Assembly (NCBI RefSeq): GCF_018977255.1
Contig: NW_024704761.1
Coordinates: 7,812,001 to 7,876,000 of the forward strand
Direction of reading: 5' to 3'
Length of the DNA stretch: 64,000 nucleotides
DNA from: Callorhinchus milii
Lineage: Eukaryota
Each line of letters begins with the position of its first letter. Position 1 is the first letter of the stretch. Below the pieces are notes generated by a model. The model saw nothing but the letters and a program-made list of their open reading frames with translations. It was not told the origin of the DNA and searched no databases. Below, one piece after another: positions 50,058 through 62,282 of the stretch. The position numbers and the translations under genes were made by a program.

Positions 50058-50411
50058 TTAATAATAATACTCAAATTTGATATAACGCCTTATCATGTCT
50101 TCGAGACGTCTCAAAGTGCTTCACAGAATACACTGTAAAGTGAATTGACGGTACATTTTGTGGACAAACGAAGCAGCCAATTGCACACAGCAGAGTCCCG
50201 CAAACAGTCGTGGATTAAGTCACCAAATAATTATTATTTTTTAATAAAGTTTGAAGTGATTTGAAGCGACCTGCCAATTGATTAACAACCGACCTAACAA
50301 CTGGGTTCCTAGGTAAACAGAGGCTTGTGGGGTAAGGAAACTTGCCTAAGTTTTCGCCCTGCCTGGGAATCGAACCCAGGTTCTATCGCTTGCGAGGCGA
50401 GTGCTCTAACT
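50058..50411 (-). mobile_element. tRNA-derived SINE (family A, long form)
   Basis: Reverse complement has TTAGAGCACTCGCCTCGCAAGCGA and a consensus B-box GGTTCGATTCCC, plus the complete tail. Confidence 0.92.
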
Positions 50412-51244
50412 TCTAAGTTCCATGTATTCAAACATACGTTGCTACTGTTGACAAATTATTGCACTGTTGAGTATTCAGTGACAGCCCTATTGCTCAGACA
50501 GGAAAGATTACCCCTCCCCTCCTTGCTGCAATGTCTTGGTGATGCAGCTCACACAAATGATGTTGAGGATATGAAGCAGCTGGAATTCCTGGTGAACCTG
50601 ACGGATTGCCAGCTGGTACCTATCCAACCTGAACTCTCCAGATACATTTAAGAACACAGTCTCTGCCAGAGGACAAGCTTTAAGAAAGTGAAATCCTCAC
50701 GCACGCTTTTCATTTGGGGCAAGAATCTGAACAGCAATGTACGCGCATAAGCTCCAGGACTCCAACACTCTGGTGTTTGTGTGATAATGATACAGCCCAT
50801 TGAAGTAAATTCACTGACAAGTGCTCTGTGATACTCTTCTCTGTGGAGAAGGTACTGATGGGTATGTATAAATAAGTGAGTAAGCTTCCCAGTGGTGAAT
50901 GCTTATGGAGATTATTCCACTCGCTGGCTTGGAGCGAGGGATATCTCAATTCGTTTTGGTTATAGATGCACGACTCCACTGGCAGAACTACAAATGGAGC
51001 ACCAGTGTCGTCTGAAGTTGAAGATGGGTCAGATCACAGGGCTTCTGGTTAGAAGCGTGAGGAGCTTTAAATCATGGTCAGATCCATCGGGAAACAACAA
51101 CAGTAATAATACTCGCATTTGGTATAGTGCCTATTATGAGAGGAAAGGGAACTTTTCCAAGGTTCTTCCGATGGGCTATGAATATTTTTGAACCTGGCTT
51201 TCAGTCTTGGAATTTCCTTATATACATATAATACATATATATAA

Positions 51245-51680
51245 TATAATAATCCTTGCATTTGATACAGTGCCTTATCATGTCTTCGAGACGTCTCAAA
51301 GCGCTTCACGGAACATATTGTGAAGTGAATTGACTGTATATTTTGTTGGCGAATAGGAAATCCCTGCTCTTGAAGCTGCTCTGATTGGGGATATAAGGAT
51401 TTCACTGCAGCTAGCGGAGGATGCTGACTAAATAAAGCTTTATCCTGTGGACCAGCACTCAAACTCCCTTCTCTTTGTGAGGAGTGCATCCAACTGAACA
51501 GACAGAAGGGACCTCAGTATAATGCTCCCCAACACTGCAGTGCACTGAGTCAGTAAAAACAATATTAATGCTTGCAATTGATATAGTGCCTTTTCACGTC
51601 TTCGAGACAACTCAAGAATATACTGTAAAGAGAATTGACTGTATATTTTGTGGGCGAAACGCGGCAGCCAATTGCTGTAA
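51245..51680 (-). mobile_element. Two family A SINE tails (51245-51352, 51562-51680) with a family B fragment between them
   Basis: Two copies of TTGCA.TTGATA.AGTGCC.T.TCA.GTCTTCGAGAC...GAATTGACTGTATATTTTG. Confidence 0.85.
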
Positions 51681-52717
51681 AGTGCTATTTGCCCTATTCC
51701 AAGTCCAGAAAAAGTCGTGAATGCCACAAATCACATTTGCAAGTAGCAATTGTAACCTCCACGTTTTCGCCAGCCCCCACCCCCACTAGCTCTCTGTCTA
51801 GGAACTAGGCTGCTGAAGTCAAGAGGTAACGGAGCAAATCTACGAGGAGATAAAGAGAGAGAGAGAGGCAATTGAGTGAAGCTGCAAAGTGTGGCTTTTT
51901 TCAAACTGGGAAAACCGATTGAGTGAAACCAAGAGGTAAACAACTGAACCCGGAGATAGGATTCAGAGAATCTAAACCCTGTTTGATTGGAGCTCGAAAG
52001 CGAATGAGCAAGGTCTGCGCTGGTGGATGGAAGTCGAGTTCAATTTAAATGTAAAACTTTGGGGGTTGACAGTTTAAACTTTAGGTTAACACAGCAGTTT
52101 AAACTTGCTGTACTGAAGAGGCATGACATATATGTGGGAATGGACGGGGTTGGGAGTGAGGTGGTTACAATAAGTGGCAGGAAGGTTGAGTGTAGATCTC
52201 AGATTAATTGGGGGTTTTGATTAGATAAACTATTCACGTTATATAATAGTTGAGAAAGTATTCCAACTGCATAGTGAGTTGGCAAATCGAGGGCATAAAT
52301 TTAAGAAACCAAGGAAGAATTTAGCAGTTTTGTTTATATAGATTGTTTGGGCGTGAAGATGCTTTACGGTTGAAGCAAGAATCCATTATAGCTTTTAAAA
52401 GGCAATTACACAAATATTTCAAAAAGAAAAATTTAAAAGGGAAGTCGGGAATTGACAAGGGATGAAACAGATAGGTCTTTCAGATTGCTATCGCCTTGTG
52501 CACTCCCATAGCAGTGCGCTGTAGTGTCAGCCTAAACCAAGTGGTGGCCAATCATTTTGGTCGGCCAACTCAAATACATTTTCCTTCATTGAAGTTTTCT
52601 TCATTTATGGCTGCGCCATGGGTATTGCCTGGACTGGTGCGGGAGTTTGGCAGGCTGCTTCTTGACGTCGCAAAAGTGACCTGCAGATCACTGCATTCCG
52701 TTGGTGTAATCAATAGG

Positions 52718-53088
52718 AAGAAGAATCCTTGCATTTGATACAGCGCTTTATCACATCTTCGAGGCGTCTGAAAGCGCTTCACAGAATACACTGTAAAGTG
52801 AATTGACCGTATATTTTGTGGGCGAAACGCGGCAGCCAATTGCGCACAGCAGCGTCCCACAAACGGTCGTGGATTGAAGTGACCAAATTATTATTCGTTT
52901 TTTTTAGGTAATTATCATCCCCGGAAAAAAGATCCGCCAATCGACTAACAACCGGGTTCCTATGTACTGCTGGGTAAACAGAGGCGCGTGGAGTAAGGAA
53001 ACTTGCCCAATGTTTTGCCCTGCCTGGGCAACAAACCCAGGTCTCTCGCTTGCGAGGCGAGTGCTCTAACCACTGAGCTACCTTCTCC
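52718..53088 (-). mobile_element. tRNA-derived SINE (family A, long form), full length, CpG-rich and probably young
   Basis: Head GTAGCTCAGTGGTTAGAGCACTCGCCTCGCAAGCGAGAGACCTGGG with all internal blocks and the tail intact. Confidence 0.95.
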
Positions 53089-54049
53089 AATACCTTGTTT
53101 CCAGTAGTTACCGAGCCGTGATACCCATAGCGCGGGCATGAATTAAGAAAAAATCATTAAAGAAAAACATAGTTGGCTGGCCGATCCAATAGTATGTTAA
53201 GTCTTCACTGGCCTAGACTATGAACTCCTACAACAGTGCTGCAAAGTGTGTGATTCCAGATTCTCCAGTGATCATGATGTGTCTCGTGCTTTTGCTGTGT
53301 GTGTGTATGGGGGGGGGGGGGGGGGCGCTGGAGCTTTCCTTACAGAGAATGAGTGATAGTCCAAGAGTTAGTCACCTAGGCAGCTCCCACACTAGTGTCC
53401 TGGGGGAATCCGTCTTGGGATCAGAATGTTTTCGATCTGAATTTCGATGAGGCTGCTCAGTCTGTCAACCTTTTTGAGACGGTTTAAAATCTAATGCTGT
53501 GATTCAAACTGGTCCTGGCTGGATTGTGGGGGGGTGGGGGGGGGGGCAGCTGGGGGAAGAGGGGAATTTAGGGGGTAGAGAGATAACCAGAGATTCACAG
53601 GATTGCAGCGGCTCTTGAGAAATACGTTTAGGCAAAAAGGCAACAAATAATTAAAACTAATGCATTGCTGCTGGTTGACAAGCTGGTTGATTGACTCAGC
53701 GATGTAGTGCAGAGGTTATGCACGTCCTCAAACCCTGCAAGCCAAAGTCTAAAGGGCTCGGGCACTCCTTGCTGGACCACTACTGCATCAACATACATAC
53801 TTGTAGACAGCACGATTACTGATATTTATTATCCCGCACTCCTCCTAGTGGCAATTGATGAAATAGCATTTGAGGGGAGCTGGCAAAGGATTGTCCACGT
53901 TTACCCTTCCGGAGGTCCAATGTGGGCTGAACATGCCCCAACGTGAAGCCATTTGTCTCTCGCCCAGATAGCATCTACCTGCAATGATGACCTTACAATT
54001 AATTTCATGTTGGCTTGTCTTGCTGAAAACTCCAGCGCGGTGGAGGTGG

Positions 54050-54372
54050 AACGTTGCGATGTTGGAGGTGGGGTCCTTTGGATGAGACGTTAAAACCCAG
54101 GTCCAATTGGGCTGTTTACACGGGGATTAAAGATCTTGTAGCACGTTTCAAAATGAGAAGGGAGTTTCTCCCCCAGTGTCCTGGCCAACAGCCCCCAGAA
54201 AAAAAAATTGGCATTTGCTCTATGGCGTTTGTGGGACATTACTTTGTGCAAATTGGCTACCCCGTTCAGCCACGAAATATGCAGTCACACCGCTTTACAG
54301 TATATCGTTTGAAGTGCTTTGAGACAGCTCGGTGATGCGATAAGCTACTATATCAAATGCAAAGATTATTAT
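54050..54372 (+). mobile_element. Deu-domain SINE (family B), headless
   Basis: GGATGAGACGTTAAAACCCAGG..TTAAAGATCTTGTAGCAC..GGGAGTTTCTCCCCAGTGTCCTGGCCAAC..TGTGCAAATTGGCT, then the tail. Confidence 0.88.
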
Positions 54373-55024
54373 CTTTCTTTTTTTTCCCCAGGAAAATCAC
54401 TAAACCACTTGCTTGGAGTACTGGCAGACGACAGGCTTTGAGACTGCCTTCAAAGCAGCTTTGGAACCAGCTGTTTGGAGGTATGTAGGCATTTGGCTTT
54501 TACTCAGACTGCCCCTCCTGACAGCATGGCTGAAAAGAGGAACTTCCTCTGTGGGGAATTGTAGATGCTAATCCTTATCCTATCACTCAACAGGACCAAC
54601 ACTGTGGGTCACCATGGTGCCAATTCCTGATCATATCAAAGGTTTGCTTGTCTTTTCTACCACAGCTACACAGTTACTTTGGGATGCTTCCCTTTTCTGT
54701 CTTGGATCTTTATCGGCTCTTATGAAACAGCTCAAATATCAAGTTGGGAGGTGCTTTAAAACATCCATCGCATAACTGTAGTCCCAACATGGCTGTGACG
54801 TTCAGTACCTGGATAAGGCCCATGAAGTACAAATTTTTCATATCTATTTCAGTTTCATCTATGAACACAGCAGCACAAAGAAGATGCTAAATTCCCAAGT
54901 ACTGGTTCCCCTTTTTGTGCACAGGCTCGCAAAAATCCCAGCACCAGTAAATAACAGGCTTTAATGAACCAATTAAACAGTTTCTGCAGTCACAGCTAGA
55001 GAAAAGAGCCATGCTTCATTGTTT

Positions 55025-55322
55025 AATAATAATAATCCATGCATTTTGATATAGTGCTTTTCACATCTTCTAGACATCTCAAAGCGCTTCACAGAATATA
55101 CTGTAAAGTGAATTGACGCGGCCAGCCAATTGTGCACAGCAATGTCCCCCAAACGGTCGTGGATTGAGCAACCAAATTATTATTTTACTTTATTTTTTTC
55201 TTGAGGGCTTATTATCAGGCATGGTGGAGTAAGGAAACTTGCCCAAGGTTTCGCCCTGCCGGCAATCAAACCCAGGTCTCTCGCTTGCGAGGTGGGTACT
55301 CTAAGCACTGAGCTACAGGATT
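55025..55322 (-). mobile_element. tRNA-derived SINE (family A, short form)
   Basis: Full head and tail, lacking the roughly 65-bp internal block of the long form. Confidence 0.92.
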
Positions 55323-55619
55323 CGTTTGGCAAAGATGCAAGATCTTTTCCAAATTCATGACAACTACGTTCTTCTTCGATCGCATTTTGCCCTCCTTAGC
55401 TACGGCGCTGCTTTACCTACAATGCGTCTTAAGTATTGTCGGCAGTTTTTCCATCTATAGATTTCCAATGAGGAGAAGCCTTGACTCAGCTGTGATGCCT
55501 CCCACACTTAAATAGTCTGTTGACACAACATGTAGGTTCACAGAAAAGGGCTGGGCAACCAGACAAATCACTGGAGTGCTGATGCCAACAAACCATACCG
55601 CAATCCAATTTGTTGTCTT

Positions 55620-56118
55620 CAGGAGAGGAGTCCTAAACAACTGCAAAATCCAGTTCTCCGCTACCCAGCACCTCCTCCACGCCCCCTCTCAAGCACCCTC
55701 AATTCTAACTTCCGATACCAAATGCGAAGAGGTACTGGACCTCTTTATCTCTAAGATAGATAGCATCGGCCTAGCTGCCTCCTCCACCCCCCATGTTAGC
55801 TACCATGCCTCCCCATGCCTCCTTCATCACCCTCCTCTACCCTATACTCCTTGTGCCAACAGCCATATTCTTTGCCCCTATCTCTCCCACCTCCCTTTCG
55901 AAAATCTGGAACTCTCTCCCTCAATCCCTCTGCCTTGCCCCTCCCTCCCTCTCCACTTTGAAATCCCACCTAAAGACCCTCCTTTTTGATCGTACTTACG
56001 GTCACCCACCCACTCCTTCCCCCCCCCCGGCTCGGTGTCAGAGTCTGCCACTGTCAAGCTCTCCGGGACGCTGCCCCGAATGAAGGGCGCTACGCTACAT
56101 AAGTGCAAATTGTTGTTG
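55620..56118 (+). mobile_element. Internally deleted L2 relic
   Basis: KIQFSATQHLL..LTSDTKCEEVLDLFISKIDSI (L2 ORF2 tether-like segment) is joined within about 150 bp to the C-terminal IWNSLPQSL..LKSHLKTLLFD and the 3' tail. Confidence 0.75.
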
Positions 56119-57994
56119 AGTGACAGTTGGGAATGAAACATAGCATATAGCACAATAATGTTGGGTCATCGTCAGCTGGTGACTGTTTTATAACACGAAG
56201 GTTGTTATGTTAGTTTACCAGGTCACCAACACATTGAGTGCTCCTTGTATAAAGGAATTTTATGTAGCTACTTGTTGTGCTGTGTTAGCGTCTTACAGAT
56301 TCTGTGCTGTTGTCTAGGGCTTTTTAAAATTCTTTTTAAGGGAGAAAATTCTCCCTAGTGCTTGACTGAGAAATATAATAAGTGCCAGTGAAATGTACAG
56401 CTCTGAATATAAAAAAAATTCCTACTTTTTTTATTGCTTGCCTGCTGAAATTGCTTTTATTCAATTGGAATTATAGAACAGTTGCCAGATTTAAATGTGA
56501 TGACTCGACCCATTCAGAATATTATGAAAATATTGCTTATATCGTTCATAAAACAATAAATTCTTCTGAATAATAAATGCAGAAGTGAAGGATTCATTTC
56601 ACTTTGGACTTGGTTGGCAAATCAAAATTATATATTAATGCGCAAGTAAGATAATATATTTGAGATGTCTGTATTAGTCCTGGGAGACAGGCCATGCAAA
56701 TTTTTAACCAAAATTAAAAATACACCAAGATAATATTTCATAATCTTATTAAGGAAATATTGAAAATTAGGAGGCATCCTTTAATATTCCGCAAATCTTT
56801 TTTTGTTACTCTGAGGCAACCATGCAGTTACAAGTCACATAAACACAAAAAACAAATATACGGTTGAATTGTGTACAGGGGAGACCACTACTCAGAGCAT
56901 TAAATTGAAGAAATGAGATTAAATCCTTCCGATTGAAGACATCAGGGAAATATTTCCATGACAAATGGCAACTAATGCAAAGAAAACCCACAAGTGTAAA
57001 ATAATAAATAGAAATACACTTTACCCGTGAAGGCTTTGAGACATTTTGATGAGGTGATAAGACGCTATATATCAAATGCAAGGATTATGATTATTACAAT
57101 GCTAGAACAATCTTAAATTCTAATCCTGTAATGACTGACATTTTTATTTCACTGGGCCGCGAGTGGGGGGTTAGGGGAAGAGAGGAGAGTCTGACTTGGC
57201 TCAAATGGGCAGGGAAACAAGGGAGATTTGCTTCTAATTGTTTTCGAACCACTTAAACCTTCCTCTTCTTCTGTGAGCGAGCAATGCTGATAAGAACAGA
57301 ACAGCATAGAAATGAGAGGAGGGTGGGGGGTGGGGAAGAGAGATTTCTTTTCAAAAAAGGGACAAACAGCAAAATGAAAAGCTGAAGCAAAAAAATCTTT
57401 TTTTTCTCGTTAATGAACTGATGGGATGAATTAAAAAAAAAATCAGCTTTCCAAAAATAGCACCAGTTACCATCTTCATCCTGTGTCAGAAGAGACTAAT
57501 TGGCTTTTAAAAAAACCCCACGAATGTGCACATTTCTCATTCATCATCCTAGTATTAAAATTTGGAAAGGGAATAGGTTAAAAGAACACACATTCCAACT
57601 CTAGAGGTTCACAGTCAAGAGACTCTGTTAACAGCAGTTGCGCTTTGCACATACGCAATCACCAAACTCCCCCTTAAAAACCTCCCCTCTGATATGGATT
57701 TCCTGATGTCCAGATCAATGAGCTCAGTACAGCACCAGATCACTGCCAACATCAAGTCAATAACTAATACTGTAGCAGTGATACTGCTGCAAAGGAAAGC
57801 CCCAGCTCACAAAGAATGGTGCAGAGGACGTGCAACAACAAGAGCAAGTCTGCATTGCAGCCACTATCGTGTACATCAATTCCCAAAGAGCCCTCTCTCC
57901 CCACCTCCCCAGTGGGTTACACAATAAAACAATGTCACCACAGCGGACCTTAGCGGTCCCAGGGAACTTTTCTTTGTTGTTCTGCTTCTGCTAG

Positions 57995-58165
57995 GAGTGA
58001 AGTCAGGAAGTACTTTGTCACACAAAGGGTAGTGGAAATCCTGAAGATTATCGAGGGATATAGAATAAAGGTGGGTAAATGGAGTTATGGTACTGATCAG
58101 CCATGATCGAATTGAACGGTGGAAGAAGCTCGAAGGGCTGAATAGCCTCCTCCTGTTGCTATGTA
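57995..58165 (+). mobile_element. CR1 3' end with internal deletion
   Basis: GGAGTGAAGTCAGGAAGTACTTTGTCACACAAAGGGTAGTGGAAATC...GATCAGCCATGATCGAATTGAA...GAAGGGCTGAATAGCCTCCTCCTG. Confidence 0.85.
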
Positions 58166-58962
58166 ACGTGGATCATGGTATTAAAGCACATATAGTCAAT
58201 GATCTGTTTTCCACTGGATTTAAACTTCCTTCGATTTCCATCTTTGCCAACTTTCATTTCAGCTTTGTTGACAGAACTGTTCACAGTTTGGCTCTGAAAT
58301 GCTATTTGCATTATGTTCAATTGCAACGGTCCAATTATCCAAGGTTTAACTAACTGAAAAGCCACAACAATTGGAAAGACATCAACTAATTAATGAACAA
58401 CATGCTACAGAAAAAAATGCTTTAACCTGGTGAGTGCTGACTCAACTGCAAAAAACTACTCTTAATAATAAATCATCAACATTGTTCTGCAAGGCCACTG
58501 GCTGCCTAGTGTTTGAAATGAAAAAAAAAGGTCAGACTGCCATGTTAGATGGCTGCTTTTCTGAAGTTGGGAGAGAGTAAAGGAACTTTATTCTGCATCT
58601 GAGGACGAAAATTCTGCCTGGTCTCATCATTAACATGGTCTAAACTCAACATTTACACAGAATTTTGGAAAAGTCTTGAAATCAGTCTTGATCTAGAAAC
58701 CAGAAAGCCAGCTTTGGAATTAAGGCTGAGTGGAATATTTCTTGAAAGAGTTCTGGAAGATCTGAAATTTTAAGACCATGGCATTTCAGGCTTTTGATCG
58801 GGTTAAATCTGACCTAAGAGAGCTGGATACTGCCATGGGTTCCAAAATGGAAACATTTAATTTTCTAGCACATCCCCTATCTAGATAAGCACAAAACGCA
58901 TCAAAAGAATTAAATGAAGGCCAACAAGCCAAGACCCATAGGTTCAAGAACCAATGCTGCAA

Positions 58963-58993
<31 letters not shown>

Positions 58994-59474
58994 GCCTCGT
59001 GGTTGGTCATGTGAAGGTGCATGTTGCACTAACTTAACTGATCAATGAATAACAGTCCTTGCAAAGAGAGGGCTCGCTGATCAAAAAGGATTAGAGCACC
59101 TTCAAATAGAGGGGCAGATCGATAGACTAAGAACATGTTGTAGAGACCTGCTGATGATCAATACGCGACACCACAGGCTGCAAGAGGAAACAATCGATCA
59201 ATATTTGGTAGCACGCAATGTGATGAAAGGTGTGAATCAGTAAGTGATGCCATGCCCAGCGAGGTCTGGAATGGTGCAAAATCTACCTTCCAAAAATGAC
59301 AGGCTGGAGAGGAGGGGAGGCCATTGTATAGATGTCGATCGTTGGTGGCGGTGGAGGTAAAACGGCACAATTTTCTAAATCAACAACAAAGTCAATGCAC
59401 TTCTGCAGGTCCTTAAAATAATGTTGAAGCTGATTTTTCATCCCTCAGCCTCCACCTCACCCTCAAAACGCACT

Positions 59475-59802
59475 GGAGTCCTGTAGCTCAGTGGTTAGAG
59501 CACTCGCTTTGCAAGCGAGAGACCAGAGTTCAATTCCAGGCAGAGGGCGAAACCTTGGGCAAGTTTCCTTACTCCACACAGAGCCTAATAATAATCCCTC
59601 CAAAACCACAAACAATAATAAATTGGTCATTTTCAATCCATGACTGTTTGTGGGACATTGCTGTGCTCAATTGGCTGCCGCGTTCGCCCACAAATATACA
59701 GTCAATTCACTTTACAGTGCGTTCTGTGAAGCACTTTGAGACGTCCTCCCGACATGAAAAGCGCTGTATCAAATACAAGGATTATTATTATTTTTATTAT
59801 TA
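59475..59802 (+). mobile_element. tRNA-derived SINE (family A, short form), followed by an older family B 3' part to about 59920
   Basis: GGAGTCCTGTAGCTCAGTGGTTAGAGC (A-box), GAGTTCAATTCC (B-box), tail and (ATT)n. Confidence 0.93.
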
Positions 59803-60957
59803 CTGTGCGCAAATTGCCTGCCACGTTTGCCTATAAACGCAGTCACTTCATGCCACAGTAAATTCTATCGAGCGCTTTGAGGCATTTCAACGCACTATCA
59901 ATTGTAAGGATCATTACTGTTCACCTCCATTCAGCATCGTTCCCAGAACACTCGAGAAGAGAATGGATTGGGAAAAGGCCATTTGGTTCATTAGAACCAC
60001 TCATTCCAAGAAAAGAACATGGAAATGTACAGTACCTGAAAAGAACATTGCAGTCCTTCTGGCAAAGTTGAATTTTTGATAAATACATGAGGGAGACAGG
60101 ATGAGGAGGCATAGAAGAAGGGAAGGCTCGTGTGGAGTATAAACAATGATATGGTTTGCTCGGCCCTTTTCTGTCCTGTAACGCTCTATGTAATTTTCTG
60201 CCACAAGACAGAAAGCAAACTGCAGAATATTCACCCATCCACCCGTATCTACCGTAGCGACCTCCTTCCGCTCTTCCAGGCCGACAGTGGCACAGAAACC
60301 ACTGGTGACTGTGACCATTTCAGTCAGCACCTTTCTCCAGAGACTTCTATTCCCAACCTATACTCTCTAATTCTAGTCTCAAAGTTTAAAATCAAATAGG
60401 CTGCTTTGATCTACATTACATCCGACTCCCAGCATGTTAACATTAATTCTGTCCCTCTGACAAGCCCTTGAATTGACACTAAACTTCAAAACACCGCCTT
60501 TGGAGGAATCCATGTCCACTTAAATTAGGACATTAATTGAAGGCATTCTCAAACTCCAAATTCCAGTGTTCCAAATTTCATTTTGCCGCAGTCGGCTTGA
60601 AATCTAGATTCAACTCTTGTAACACCAAGGATAAATCCACTCGTGCTTGCTGAACCAAGAGCAGTGATGTGGTCCGTGTCCCAGAAGAATGGAAGTCATG
60701 TTTTACATGAGCTTGGTACAGCAGAGCATTCAACTCCGCGTTTAACACACGCCTCTCAGTACAGAAATACCATTCCAACACAGGGCACAATCCTCTAAAC
60801 ATTTGACCTGTTGCAATAGGGGACAAGTAATACAATTTAAGTGCTTCTTTATGATACAACCAATTTAGTAGCATTGCTTAATACAAATCTTGTCAAGAGC
60901 ACGAGATGGTTTGGGATGAAGAAAGCCCTTTGGTTCATTTGATCTCATTCTTCGAAA

Positions 60958-61322
60958 ATACAACAACAAGCACTTATATAGCGCCCTCCATGCAGGGTAG
61001 CGTCTCAGACCACTTAACAGAGGCGGAGCCTGACTCCGAGCCGGGGGGGAGTGGGGAGGTGGCTGTAAGCACAGTCGAAGAGGAAAGTTTTCAGTTGGGA
61101 CTTGAAAGAGGGGAGAGGGGGCAAGGCAGAGGGATTGAGGGAGAGTGTTCCAGATATTTGGGCTGTAGTGGCTGAAAGCGCGACCTTCGATGGTGGGGCG
61201 GAGGGTTCGAGGGACGAGCAGGAAACCGGTGCCAGTCGAGGGGAAGCACTGGTTGGTGGATTGGAGAGTGAGGAGGTCGGAGAGGTAGGGAGGTGCCAGG
61301 GAGTGAATCGATTTGAACACAA
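60958..61322 (-). mobile_element. L2 LINE 3' end
   Basis: FKSIHSLAPPYLSDLL...LLVPRT..TIEGRAFSHYSPNIWNTLPQSL / FKSQLKTFLFD. Confidence 0.92.
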
Positions 61323-61354
61323 AATACCTGCTCTACCCTCTTCCCAACACAGCA

Positions 61355-61485
61355 TCAAACATTTTTAAGTTGAATCCAGCGCGCTGGCCTCAACCACCCT
61401 CCCTGACAATCTGTTGCAGCTGTTTATTACATTCTGGGTAAAGAAATACTTCCTGGTCTCTGTTCTGAAATTGCCCATTGCAATT
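61355..61485 (-). mobile_element. CR1 ORF2 C-terminal relic
   Basis: GNFRTETRKYFFTQNVINSCNRLSGRVVEA. Confidence 0.8.
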
Positions 61486-62282
61486 CTAGACTCTGTAGAA
61501 ATTCTGCTCCCTAAGTACAGTAGGTTGCATTGGAGCAGTGTGAAGAGTGAATGGGCTGAAGGGTTCCCTTCTGTGCAGAACATTTCTGTTTGCAACTGAG
61601 ACGTATTTTTAGATGTGCATGATTATTGAAACCGGACATAATGAGGTGAGCAACAGAAAGGTTACATGTGCAGCTAAAACATAACAAGCCTGGCACACCC
61701 TCACCACCACTTTCCTTACCATCTCTGCCCCCCACAAATATTCCTCCTGCAATTCAGAGATGGAACAAAGTAAGGTCTAATTTGTTATATGTATTCATGG
61801 ATTCCGGAATAAGAAATCAGAGCAAGAGGGGGCTTCTCCCAGTATTCAAATGTACATCACATTGAGGTGTAGGCACTCCAATCCCATGAGACCCACTTCT
61901 GGAGCCAGTTTCCTGTGGAACAACGAGAATTCTACTGGGATTCTTTATCAAGGGATGCTGCTGATAAATACTGCCGTAGTGAAAGATGCCGTATCAAATG
62001 CATGGAGTGTTATTATTACTGCTATTAAAGATTGGGGGAATGACGTTGGTGGGGCAGAGAGCTCCAGTAGCAAGCACGCATCAGCACAGATATGATGGGC
62101 CAAATGATCCCTTTCTGTGCCATAAAGAGTTTAGGATTCTGTGGTTGTAGCCTCTTCTCTACACAGTTGCTGTTATACGACGGACACTGCTGCTGCCGTT
62201 TTGAACGCGTGGAGTGATTACCCCCCCCCCACTGTTTCACTGCGGCTTTGCCCTGTTGCCACCTTTAGGTGGCAAGTTTGAA

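Noticed and set aside
52990-53088. tRNA gene call for tRNA-like sequences (also 59475, 6879, 50360, 55250)
   Set aside because: Each continues directly into a SINE body and tail with no Pol III terminator, so these are SINE heads, not tRNA genes.
53309-53575. Poly-G tracts with G-quadruplex potential
   Set aside because: Similar G/C homopolymers are scattered throughout the window with no specific context.
6846-59836. Recurrent similar peptides (e.g. [16 protein letters not shown]) suggesting a gene family
   Set aside because: They are translations of the family A SINE body and its (ATT)n tail.
62257-62276. TTGCCACCT-TT-AGGTGGCAA palindrome / CTCF-like site
   Set aside because: A 9-bp stem with two mismatches to the CTCF core is not enough evidence on its own.
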